DNA from: Polyangiales bacterium
GTDB lineage: Bacteria; Myxococcota_A; Polyangia; Polyangiales; Houyiibacteriaceae
NCBI GenBank assembly: GCA_045106895.1
Contig: JBGCFM010000072.1
Span: forward strand, 1 to 12,704
Length of the DNA: 12,704 bases
Reading direction: 5' to 3'
Shown here: positions 1 through 8,057 of the stretch, in pieces
How positions within the stretch are numbered: position 1 is the stretch's first letter
Layout: each line of letters begins with the position of its first letter
Notes under the pieces: generated by a model
Seen by the model: the letters and a program-made list of their open reading frames with translations, nothing else
What the model was told of the DNA's origin: nothing
Databases searched by the model: none
Program-made: the position numbers and the translations under genes

Positions 1-2
1 CG

Positions 3-476
3 ACCGATGCACTCTACGCGTACGGCGTGCGTCTTTGTATGGGCGCGCCGGACATGCAGTCCGGTCGAGGGCGTTTGGGATCCGTTATGGAAGCGACGGC
101 ACGAGCTCTACGCGGCGCTGTCGAACGCGTCGCTCCCTTGGACGTACAGATCAAAGACGACCCTCTCGTACCCCTGGAGGACGCGACGCTAAGCCACGTG
201 GTGGTGCATCTATTGGCGGCCGTTGTCGACTCCATCGAAGAGGACGAGGGCGATGGGTCGATACGACTGACACTTGACCAAAAGGGCGACCGCGCTCGCA
301 TATCCGTTGGCTACACGAGCACCGAGGAGACGCTCCCAAACTCCGGGATTCCCGCGCGTGAGCCCCCATCTTTCATCACCGTTCGGCACGTCGTCGAAGA
401 GGCCGGCGGCGATGTTCGTTTCGATGGCTCGGACGGGAGCGCATCGATCGTAGTGCGGCTCCCGATGATTCGATAG
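3..476 (+). CDS. C-terminal part of a degenerate histidine-kinase-like ATPase (HATPase_c) domain protein, 5' end probably outside the window
   Basis: The frame is open from position 3 (TDALYAYGVRLCMG...) to TAG at 474-476. The order of elements matches HATPase_c: N-box helix 'LSHVVVHLLAAVVDSI', 'GSIRLTL...ARISV', 'ITVRHVVEEAGGDVRF...ASIVVRLP'. The ATP-binding signature residues are missing. Confidence 0.6.
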   Translation, partial: TDALYAYGVRLCMGAPDMQSGRGRLGSVMEATARALRGAVERVAPLDVQIKDDPLVPLEDATLSHVVVHLLAAVVDSIEEDEGDGSIRLTLDQKGDRARISVGYTSTEETLPNSGIPAREPPSFITVRHVVEEAGGDVRFDGSDGSASIVVRLPMIR

Positions 477-482
477 AAAGCT

Positions 483-881
483 CTAGTGTTTGAAGGCCAA
501 TCCAAGCACGCACGCCCACCCGCCGAGAAGTAGCAGACCGCCTATCGGCGTGATGGCTCCAAACCAGCGTGGAGCCCCCAGGGCCATCGCGTAGAGTGTG
601 CCGCTGAAGACAAGAGAACCGACGGCGAAGCAAAGCGCCGCGGCGGACGCCACACCACTTGCGGCCCGAGCGCTCAGCGCAGCAAGCGCGAAGAGGGCCA
701 CGGCGTGGGTGAGTTGATACTGGGTGGCGGTATGCCACCAGCCTTGGGCCTTGAGCCCCTCGGCACCGTCTTCAAAGCGCGCCCGAAGGGCGTGGGCGCC
801 AAACGCGCCTAGTCCGACGGCGGCAAAGCCATGGAGGGCGGCGGCGATGAGAATAACGCGAACGCTGATGGCAGAGAGCAC
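483..881 (-). CDS. DUF423 (YgdD/TMEM256) family membrane protein
   Basis: Family motifs 'AVGLGAFGAHAL', 'TATQYQLTHA', 'FSGTLY' and 'GAITPIGG' are present, with about four hydrophobic helices. GTG start at 881 (exact start uncertain). Confidence 0.92.
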   Translation of the reverse strand: MLSAISVRVILIAAALHGFAAVGLGAFGAHALRARFEDGAEGLKAQGWWHTATQYQLTHAVALFALAALSARAASGVASAAALCFAVGSLVFSGTLYAMALGAPRWFGAITPIGGLLLLGGWACVLGLAFKH

Positions 882-1001
882 CGCGAGAGCCTGCGTGATT
901 TTCCCCGAGGCTCAAGTCCTCTTCCCTGCGCGGCACCCACCACCATCAAGCGAGCGCCCCCCACCCTTGCAAAAACCGCTGGTGAATGCGACGTCACTCC
1001 T

Positions 1002-3185
1002 ATGATGATACGCACTCGTTTCTTCGCGCGATCCGTCCTCGCCGCGCTGCTTGCATCGAGCGCCTCTTGCGGGACGAGCGCGCCACCGGTGGCGCGCATG
1101 CCGGAGCCGCCCGCGCCGGATCCGGATGCAGAGATCCACGCGCTCAACGAAGCCGCCCGCACCGCCGGTACCCAAGACACGATTCACGGTGTTGCGGTCC
1201 TGGACCCGTACCGCACTCTGGAGCGTGAGAGTGAGTTCACGGAACGCTGGATCGAAGTGCAAAACCAACGCACGGCGGACCGCATCCAGCCGACGGAGGC
1301 AGCGCTCGCGCGCCTCGACACGTTGCTCTCGATCGGGAGCATCTCCGGCGTCACGATGGGCGGCGACGTCGTCTTCTATTCGAGACGCCAAGGAGACGAC
1401 GAGCAACCGACCCTCTATGCTCGTGTCGGCGGGGAAGAACGCGCACTTCTGAACCCCAGCACGATGGGCGAACGCGCCGCCATCGATTGGTACTTTCCTT
1501 CACCGGATGGCTCAAAGCTCGCGTACGGCGTCTCCCACAACGGTGACGAACGAAGCACTCTCCGTGTGTTGGACGTGGCCACCGGCGAGCACACGAGTGA
1601 ACGCATTGAGCGGACGAAGTGGACGAGCGTCGCTTGGCTCCCGGGCAGCGACGCTTTCTACTACACACGCTACCCGGTGGAGGGCGAAGACGGCTTCGAC
1701 GCAGAGCGACCCGACAACTACTTTCCGCGCGTCTTTTTCCATGAGCTCGGAGAAGATGCGTCCGAGGACCCCCTCGTATTTGGCGGGGAGAACGGCACAG
1801 ATTTCCCATCCCCACACGTATCCAGCGACGGTCGTTGGCTAACGCTGAATGTCTTCCGTGGATGGAGCGAGAGTGATGTCTACGTCCTGGACCGAGGTCG
1901 ACGCGGCGAACGCGGCATTCCGAGCGCGCGGCATCCTCTTCGCCCCATCGTTCAAGGCGAGCACTTCATGAGTCAAGGCATGGTCCACGACGGACGATTG
2001 CTGATGCGAACGAACCGAGACGCGCCCCGCTTTCGAATCGTCGGCGTCGACCCTGCGAGTCCGGGCGAGCCCTCCGACTGGACAGACATCATCGCCGAAA
2101 ACGAGGCACCTCTCGACGGCTGGGCGTTGAACTCAGAGGGCATCGTGACGCACTACCTCGACGACATCCGTTCGCGCATCTACGTGCACGATGGAAGCGG
2201 CGCGGTGTTGCGTGAGGTCGCGCTCCCTGCCCGCGGGGCCGTCCGTGGATTGAGCGCGGATGCTTCGGGTCCTCAGATCGTGTTTGGCTTCGAGAGCTAC
2301 CTCGATGCACCGTCACTCTTGGCGTCGAATGGAGAGGAAGTCTCGGTGCTTTCACGCGTCGACAGCGCATTCGACGCATCCGGCTTCATCACGCGCCAAG
2401 AACGGATCGCGTCAGCGGACGGAACGGAAATCCCTGTCACCCTGATTCACGCACGCGATCTGGAGATGGACGGAAACACGCCAGTTCTCCTCTATGGGTA
2501 CGGCGGATTTAACGTCTCACTCATGCCTCGCTTCAGCCGCAACGCGCTCTACTGGCTCGAGCGTGGCGGCGTGTACGCCGTGGCAAACCTCCGTGGCGGT
2601 AGCGAGTTTGGCGAGGAGTGGCACCTCGCGGGTGCCCTCGAAAACAAACCTCGAGTCTTTGAAGACTTCGAGGCGATTCTCTCATGGCTGACGACCAGTG
2701 GACTCTCCCGCCCCGAGCGCATCGCCATCAACGGCGGCAGCAACGGCGGGCTTCTCATGGGCGCCATGCTCACACGGGTCCCAGAGCGCTTCGCCGCCGC
2801 AGCAAGCTACGTGGGCCTCTACGACATGGTTCGCTACCACCGCTTCCCCCCCGCCGAGCTATGGGTGAGTGAGTACGGCAGCGCCGAGGACGCCGAGATC
2901 TTCCCGGTGCTCCACGGCTACTCACCCTATCATCAGGTCGAAGATGGGCGCGTCTATCCCGCCACGCTCATCGAGACGGCAGACCACGATGGACGTGTGC
3001 ACTGGGCGCACTCCACGAAGTTCGCCGCGGCGCTTCAGGAAGCGACATCCGGTTCACGTCCCATCTACTTTCATATGGAACGGGAGCAGGGACACGGCGC
3101 GGGAACACGCAGGAGCGACCAGGTGACTCGCTACGCACGGATGTTCACATTCCTCGAAGACGAACTCCAGATGAGGGCACCATGA
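1002..3185 (+). CDS. Prolyl oligopeptidase (peptidase S9A), probable lipoprotein
   Basis: Catalytic Ser motif GGSNGG, Asp in 'TADHDGRV', His in 'GHGAG', plus 'YGYGGF' and 'ANLRGGSEFGEEWH'. The N-terminal 'DPYRTLE' and beta-propeller region are typical of S9A. Start moved from 831 to ATG 1002/1005 because this gives a signal peptide MMIRTRFFARSVLAALLASSAS-C plus a Pro-rich tether and removes the overlap with the DUF423 gene. Confidence 0.95.
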   Translation: MMIRTRFFARSVLAALLASSASCGTSAPPVARMPEPPAPDPDAEIHALNEAARTAGTQDTIHGVAVLDPYRTLERESEFTERWIEVQNQRTADRIQPTEAALARLDTLLSIGSISGVTMGGDVVFYSRRQGDDEQPTLYARVGGEERALLNPSTMGERAAIDWYFPSPDGSKLAYGVSHNGDERSTLRVLDVATGEHTSERIERTKWTSVAWLPGSDAFYYTRYPVEGEDGFDAERPDNYFPRVFFHELGEDASEDPLVFGGENGTDFPSPHVSSDGRWLTLNVFRGWSESDVYVLDRGRRGERGIPSARHPLRPIVQGEHFMSQGMVHDGRLLMRTNRDAPRFRIVGVDPASPGEPSDWTDIIAENEAPLDGWALNSEGIVTHYLDDIRSRIYVHDGSGAVLREVALPARGAVRGLSADASGPQIVFGFESYLDAPSLLASNGEEVSVLSRVDSAFDASGFITRQERIASADGTEIPVTLIHARDLEMDGNTPVLLYGYGGFNVSLMPRFSRNALYWLERGGVYAVANLRGGSEFGEEWHLAGALENKPRVFEDFEAILSWLTTSGLSRPERIAINGGSNGGLLMGAMLTRVPERFAAAASYVGLYDMVRYHRFPPAELWVSEYGSAEDAEIFPVLHGYSPYHQVEDGRVYPATLIETADHDGRVHWAHSTKFAAALQEATSGSRPIYFHMEREQGHGAGTRRSDQVTRYARMFTFLEDELQMRAP

Positions 3186-4831
3186 AGACCAAGCCGTTCA
3201 ACCAGACTCCGCCGGAGCTCGACAATCAGTTCGACGACGACGTGGTGCTTCAAGACTACCTCGAGCGCATGTTTCCCGCCGAACAGCAGGGCGAGCTATT
3301 TGCAGACCTGCGCTCGTTAGGGGCCGCGTGTTTGCAGCTCGATGCGCTTGTAATCAAGGACCGGCTTATCGACCCCGTCCTCACCCAGTGGGACGCATGG
3401 GGACAGCGCATCGACCATATCGAGCTCACCGACACGTGGAAGCGCGCCCGGGAGATCGCCGCCACGCATGGAGTCGTGGCCGCAGCGTACGAGAAACGTT
3501 TTGGTGTCCTCGCTCGGGTTCACCAGTTCTCCCTCGCCTACCTCTTCGCGCCGGCGTCCGATTTTTATGGATGCCCTCTCGCGATGACGGACGGTGCCGC
3601 GCGCACACTGCTCGCCAGCGACAATCAGGCGCTCATCGAACGCGCGGTGCCTCACCTCACTTCCCGCGACCCGGACGAGTTTTGGACGAGCGGCCAGTGG
3701 ATGACAGAGTCCACGGGCGGGTCCGACGTGGGCCTCTCAGAGACCATCGCCCGGGAAGCGGAGACGGGCTGGCTGCTCTCGGGACGGAAGTGGTTCACCT
3801 CGGCGGCGACGTCCCAAATGGCGCTCACCCTCGCGCGCCCCGAAGGCAACCCGGCTGGCGGACATGGTCTCGCGCTCTTCTACGTCGAGTGCGAGACTCA
3901 GCGTGGAAAGACCATCCTCACCAATCGACTCAAGGACAAGCTAGGCACGCGGAAAGTCCCGACGGCGGAGCTCACCCTCGACGATGCGGAGGCGACGCTA
4001 GTGCTCGGCAGCAGCGGCGGTGTGAAAGGCATCACGCCGATGCTCAACGTCACACGAACCTGGAATGCCATCACGAGCGCCGCGCTGATGCGCCGAGGTT
4101 TGGCCCTCGCCAAGGACTACGCCCGGCGGCGCCATGCCTTCGGCGCGACGCTGAGTGAGAAGCCGCTTCACGTGGACACCTTGGCCGGACTTAGCGCTGA
4201 ATACGAAGGCGCGTTTCTCCTCGCATTCCGCGTCGCCGAACTACTCGGTCGACACGAAAGCGGCGACACCGCCTCCAGCGACCTGCTCCGGGTGCTCACG
4301 CCCATCGCGAAGCTCACGACGGGTCGCCAGGTTGTGCAAACGACGTCCGAGGTCCTCGAAGCCTTCGGCGGCGCCGGATACGTAGAGGACACCGGGCTGC
4401 CGCGGCTCTTACGGGATGCCCAGGTGCTCTCCATTTGGGAGGGAACAACAAACGTCCTCGCTCTCGACCTGCTCCGCGCCATTCACCGAGGAGCCGGGCT
4501 GACGCCGCTTCACGCGGAACTCAAAAAGTGGGTCATCGCCGAGGATGACTCCCTGCGAGCAGCCGGTGACGTCGCGTTACACGCCTTCGAGCACGCCTTG
4601 GCGTGGCTATCCGCCAATCAGAGCGACCAAGCCTGTCTCGAGGCCGGCGCCCGGCGTTTTGCCCTCACTATCGGTCGCGCGACGGAGCTTGCGCTCTTGG
4701 TGGACCACGCCGGCTGGGCACTGAGCCAGGGGAAGGCGCGACCTCGCGCGGCGGCGCTTCGTTTCGCGAAATCGGCCATCGACCAGATCCAGGACTTCAA
4801 CGCCGAAGACACGCAGCTGCTGGCCCAGTAA
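3182..4831 (+). CDS. AidB-like acyl-CoA dehydrogenase family flavoprotein
   Basis: Motifs 'CPLAMTDGA', 'GQWMTESTGGSDV', 'GRKWFTSA', 'RLKDKLGTRKVPTAE', 'GGAGYVED' and 'IWEGTTNV'. ATGA overlap with the upstream stop at 3182-3185. Confidence 0.92.
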   Translation: MKTKPFNQTPPELDNQFDDDVVLQDYLERMFPAEQQGELFADLRSLGAACLQLDALVIKDRLIDPVLTQWDAWGQRIDHIELTDTWKRAREIAATHGVVAAAYEKRFGVLARVHQFSLAYLFAPASDFYGCPLAMTDGAARTLLASDNQALIERAVPHLTSRDPDEFWTSGQWMTESTGGSDVGLSETIAREAETGWLLSGRKWFTSAATSQMALTLARPEGNPAGGHGLALFYVECETQRGKTILTNRLKDKLGTRKVPTAELTLDDAEATLVLGSSGGVKGITPMLNVTRTWNAITSAALMRRGLALAKDYARRRHAFGATLSEKPLHVDTLAGLSAEYEGAFLLAFRVAELLGRHESGDTASSDLLRVLTPIAKLTTGRQVVQTTSEVLEAFGGAGYVEDTGLPRLLRDAQVLSIWEGTTNVLALDLLRAIHRGAGLTPLHAELKKWVIAEDDSLRAAGDVALHAFEHALAWLSANQSDQACLEAGARRFALTIGRATELALLVDHAGWALSQGKARPRAAALRFAKSAIDQIQDFNAEDTQLLAQ

Positions 4832-5023
4832 GTCGCAGAATGCCCAGAAATACGGTCGTCGGGCCCAGGTCGTAGCTCTGTTGCCCGAACACCTGAAAAA
4901 TCTGTCGTTTTTCCATTTGGCCCCTCGAACCTGACGAAGGCAGATTTTGAGACTGCGCCTGGCCCAACCAGGGCAAACGAAGTAGCGTTGGGCCACCAAC
5001 AAAGCGCTTCGCTTAAGGACGAG

Positions 5024-7906
5024 ATGGCAAGAGACTTCGGCGTCAATCAAGGCCTCGTGGAGGAAATGTTCCTCCGCTGGGTTTCCAATCCCACCTCCGT
5101 TGATGAAGCGTGGCAGCGCTACTTCGACAACCTCGACCAAGTCGAGTGGCCACAGCTCACGTCGGCCGGCAGTATCGCCGCGCCCTCGGACGGCGATGTC
5201 CACTCCGGCAACGGGCAAGCGCGCCGCGAAGGCCTCGTCGACATCGGCGGCCCTTCGGGGGTGTTCAGGCTCCCGCCCACGGCAGAGAACCTTCCTTCGT
5301 TCATCCCGGGCCGCGCGAGCTTCCCGCCGACGGCGGAGGTTCTCAACGCGAACGTGCTGCAGGGCCGCGTGTCGGCGTTGACCAACGCGTACCGCGTTCG
5401 CGGTCACCTCTACGCCAACCTGGACCCTCTCGGCATTCGAAAGATGCCCGACACTGGCGACCTAGACCTCGAACGCTACGGTCTCGACGACGTCGACCCG
5501 TCGACGATGTTCTCCACCGGTGACCTCGCCGGGCCCGAGACGGCGTCCCTCGAGGACATCGTCAAGCGCCTCGACGACACCTACACGCGCTCCGTTGGCG
5601 CCGAGTTCACCTTCCTCGAAGACCGCGAAGCGCGGACCTGGCTTCAGCATCAGCTTGAGTCCACGGCCAACAGCTACAGCCTGACCAAGGAGGAGAAGCT
5701 CCGTATCCTCACAAAGCTGACGGACGCGGAGATCTTCGAGCAATTCCTGCACACGAAGTTCATCGGCGCGAAACGATTCTCCCTCGAAGGTGGCGAGAGC
5801 GTAATTCCAATGCTGGACCTTCTGGTGGAACGCACCGCGGCGCTCGGCGTTCAGGAGATCGTTCTCGGGATGGCACACCGTGGCCGTCTCAACGTGATGG
5901 TGAACATCATGGAGATGAACGTTCGCCAGATCTTCGCTGGCTTCGACGACAACGATCCCAAGCGCTACCTCGGCGGCGGCGACGTCAAGTACCACCATGG
6001 CTTCTCCGTCGATCGCGAGACGAAGAGCGGGAAGGTCCACATGACGTTGACCTTCAACCCGAGCCACCTCGAGTTCGTCAATCCGGTGGTCGAAGGACGT
6101 GTTCGCGCGAAACAAGATCGCCGCGAGGATCTAGAGCGCTCCGAGGTCTTGCCGCTGCTTATTCACGGCGACGCGGCCTTCATCGGTCAGGGCATTGTGC
6201 CCGAGACGCTCAACCTGATGGAGCTGCAGGCCTACAATACCGGCGGCACGATTCATGTCGTGATCAACAACCAAATCGGGTTCACCACGATTCCCGAAGA
6301 CAGCCGTTCGACACGCTACTGCACCGACATCACGCGCATGCTGCGCTGCCCGGTGTTTCACGTAAATGGCGAAGACCCCGAGGCCGTCGCCAACGTCGTG
6401 CGCCTCGCCGCCGAGTACCGCCAGCGATTCCGTCGCGACGTCGTCATCGACCTCTACTGCTACCGCAAGTACGGCCACAACGAAGGCGACGAGCCACGCT
6501 TCACGCAGCCCGTGATGTACGCCGCCGTCGACCAAAAGAAGACCGTTCGCGAGGTCTACGTCGACCGCCTGACGGAAAACGGCAACATCACGCAGACCTC
6601 CGCCAACGAGATTCAGGAGCGTCGTCGCGATGACCTCGACCGCGCCCTCACCGAAGCGCGCGAAGGCGACTTTGGACTGATCCCGAGTTCAATGGAGGGG
6701 CTCTGGACCGGATACACCGGCGGCCTCGACGCGAACTGCGAAGAGCCGGACACGGGCGTGCCCATCGAGCGCCTCAACGAGCTCCTCGACCGACTCACCA
6801 CCCTTCCCGAGGGCTTCACGGCCCACCCGCGTCTCGAGCGCTTCCTCCTAGAGAAGCAGCGCAAGATTCGTGAGACGGGCAAGAACGTGGACTGGGGTAC
6901 GGCGGAGAACCTCGCCATGGCCTCCATCCTTGCCGACGGAACGCGCGTGCGCTTCACCGGCCAAGACGTTCGACGTGGCACGTTCTCGCACCGCCACGCG
7001 GTCATTTACGACTCGAAAACGGGACGGCGACACACTCGCCTTGGTCACCTCACGCCGGACCAGGCGAGCCTCGAGATCTACGACAGCCCTCTGTCTGAGG
7101 CGGGCGTCTTGGGCTTTGAGTGGGGCTACAGCCTCGACTCTCCCGATGCTCTCTGCCTCTGGGAAGCTCAGTTCGGCGACTTCGCCAATGGCGCGCAGGT
7201 CATCATCGACCAGTTCTTGTCCTCGTCCGAAGACAAATGGCATCGACTCAGCGGCTTGGCGCTTCTTCTTCCTCACGGATTCGAAGGCATGGGCCCGGAG
7301 CACTCCAGCGCGCGTCTTGAGCGCTTCTTGCAGATGTGCGCGGAAGACAACATGCAGGTCTGTAACCCAACGACACCCGCGCAGATCTACCACCTGCTCC
7401 GACGTCAGGTCGTTCGTCAGTACCGCAAGCCGCTCATCATCATGACGCCGAAGAGTTTGCTTCGTCACCGTCGCGCCGTCTCCACGATGGCCGACCTGAC
7501 TCAAGGCACGTTCCAGAGAACACTTCCTGACACCACGAAGATCAAAAAGCGTGGTGTTCGCAAGGTCCTCTTCTGCTCCGGCAAGGTCTACTACGACCTC
7601 CTCGAGTTGCGGGAAAAGAACGAGATCGAAGATGTCGCCATCGTTCGCCTCGAACAGCTCTATCCCTTGGCCGAAGACACGCTCAAGAACGCGCTCAAGG
7701 GCTACCCAAAGAAGGCCCAGGTAGTCTGGGTCCAAGAAGAACCATGGAACATGGGCGGGTGGTACTTCATCCAATCACGCTTCAAGGAGATGACAGGCCG
7801 AGACATCACCTGCATCGCGCGACGCGAGAGCGCCAGCCCAGCCACAGGTTCGAAGGCCGCGCACGTGATGGAACACGCGGAACTCCTCGCGCGCGCCTTG
7901 GAATAG
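5024..7906 (+). CDS. sucA: 2-oxoglutarate dehydrogenase E1 component
   Basis: Motifs 'AYRVRGH', 'KRFSLEGGE', 'GMAHRGRLN', 'GDVKYH', 'NPSHLE', ThDP motif 'HGDAAFIGQG...NNQIGFTT', 'WEAQFGDF', 'EHSSARLERFLQ' and 'SPATGS'. ATG 5024 follows AAGGA (5015-5019) and gives the typical N-terminus 'FGVNQGLVEEMF...SVDEAWQRYF'. Confidence 0.97.
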   Translation: MARDFGVNQGLVEEMFLRWVSNPTSVDEAWQRYFDNLDQVEWPQLTSAGSIAAPSDGDVHSGNGQARREGLVDIGGPSGVFRLPPTAENLPSFIPGRASFPPTAEVLNANVLQGRVSALTNAYRVRGHLYANLDPLGIRKMPDTGDLDLERYGLDDVDPSTMFSTGDLAGPETASLEDIVKRLDDTYTRSVGAEFTFLEDREARTWLQHQLESTANSYSLTKEEKLRILTKLTDAEIFEQFLHTKFIGAKRFSLEGGESVIPMLDLLVERTAALGVQEIVLGMAHRGRLNVMVNIMEMNVRQIFAGFDDNDPKRYLGGGDVKYHHGFSVDRETKSGKVHMTLTFNPSHLEFVNPVVEGRVRAKQDRREDLERSEVLPLLIHGDAAFIGQGIVPETLNLMELQAYNTGGTIHVVINNQIGFTTIPEDSRSTRYCTDITRMLRCPVFHVNGEDPEAVANVVRLAAEYRQRFRRDVVIDLYCYRKYGHNEGDEPRFTQPVMYAAVDQKKTVREVYVDRLTENGNITQTSANEIQERRRDDLDRALTEAREGDFGLIPSSMEGLWTGYTGGLDANCEEPDTGVPIERLNELLDRLTTLPEGFTAHPRLERFLLEKQRKIRETGKNVDWGTAENLAMASILADGTRVRFTGQDVRRGTFSHRHAVIYDSKTGRRHTRLGHLTPDQASLEIYDSPLSEAGVLGFEWGYSLDSPDALCLWEAQFGDFANGAQVIIDQFLSSSEDKWHRLSGLALLLPHGFEGMGPEHSSARLERFLQMCAEDNMQVCNPTTPAQIYHLLRRQVVRQYRKPLIIMTPKSLLRHRRAVSTMADLTQGTFQRTLPDTTKIKKRGVRKVLFCSGKVYYDLLELREKNEIEDVAIVRLEQLYPLAEDTLKNALKGYPKKAQVVWVQEEPWNMGGWYFIQSRFKEMTGRDITCIARRESASPATGSKAAHVMEHAELLARALE

Positions 7907-7938
7907 CCTCGGCGAGCCCGAAAACGAGAGTTTAGAAC

Positions 7939-7971
7939 AGAAGCGCGCCGTTGTTGGCGCGCTTCTTTTTT
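7939..7971 (+). terminator. Intrinsic terminator of sucA
   Basis: Stem AGAAGCGCGCC / GGCGCGCTTCT followed by a T-run, about 30 nt after the sucA stop. Confidence 0.88.
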
Positions 7972-8008
7972 GTCTCGCGAGCGCCTCGAAGAACACCGCT
8001 CGTTAACG

Positions 8009-8037
8009 AAAAAAGGCAGACGCCGAAGCGCCTGCCT
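8009..8037 (-). terminator. Intrinsic terminator of the TSP3-repeat lipoprotein gene
   Basis: The minus strand reads AGGCAGGCGC-TTCG-GCGTCTGCC-TTTTTT: a 10-bp stem with a C(UUCG)G tetraloop and a U tract, 20 nt past the stop at 8058. Confidence 0.88.
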
Positions 8038-8057
8038 GATTTCAGGTTCGACTGGAA

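Noticed and set aside
831..1001. ORF-track N-terminal extension of the peptidase from ATG 831
   Set aside because: It overlaps the divergent DUF423 gene and buries the signal peptide that begins at 1002/1005.
3182..4831. Assigning the gene symbol aidB
   Set aside because: Family-level similarity is clear, but orthology to E. coli AidB and a role in the alkylation response cannot be established by eye.
4959..4975. GG-N10-GC (CTGGCCCAACCAGGGCA) as a sigma-54 promoter for sucA
   Set aside because: It lacks the CACG and TTGC context, and this spacing alone is common by chance in GC-rich DNA.
4607..7774. Long antisense ORFs (4607-5407, 5462-6115, 6131-6535, 6848-7774), and likewise 8226-9008 and 912-1406
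   Set aside because: These are shadow ORFs expected opposite GC-rich, codon-biased genes. They show no recognisable motifs or translation signals.
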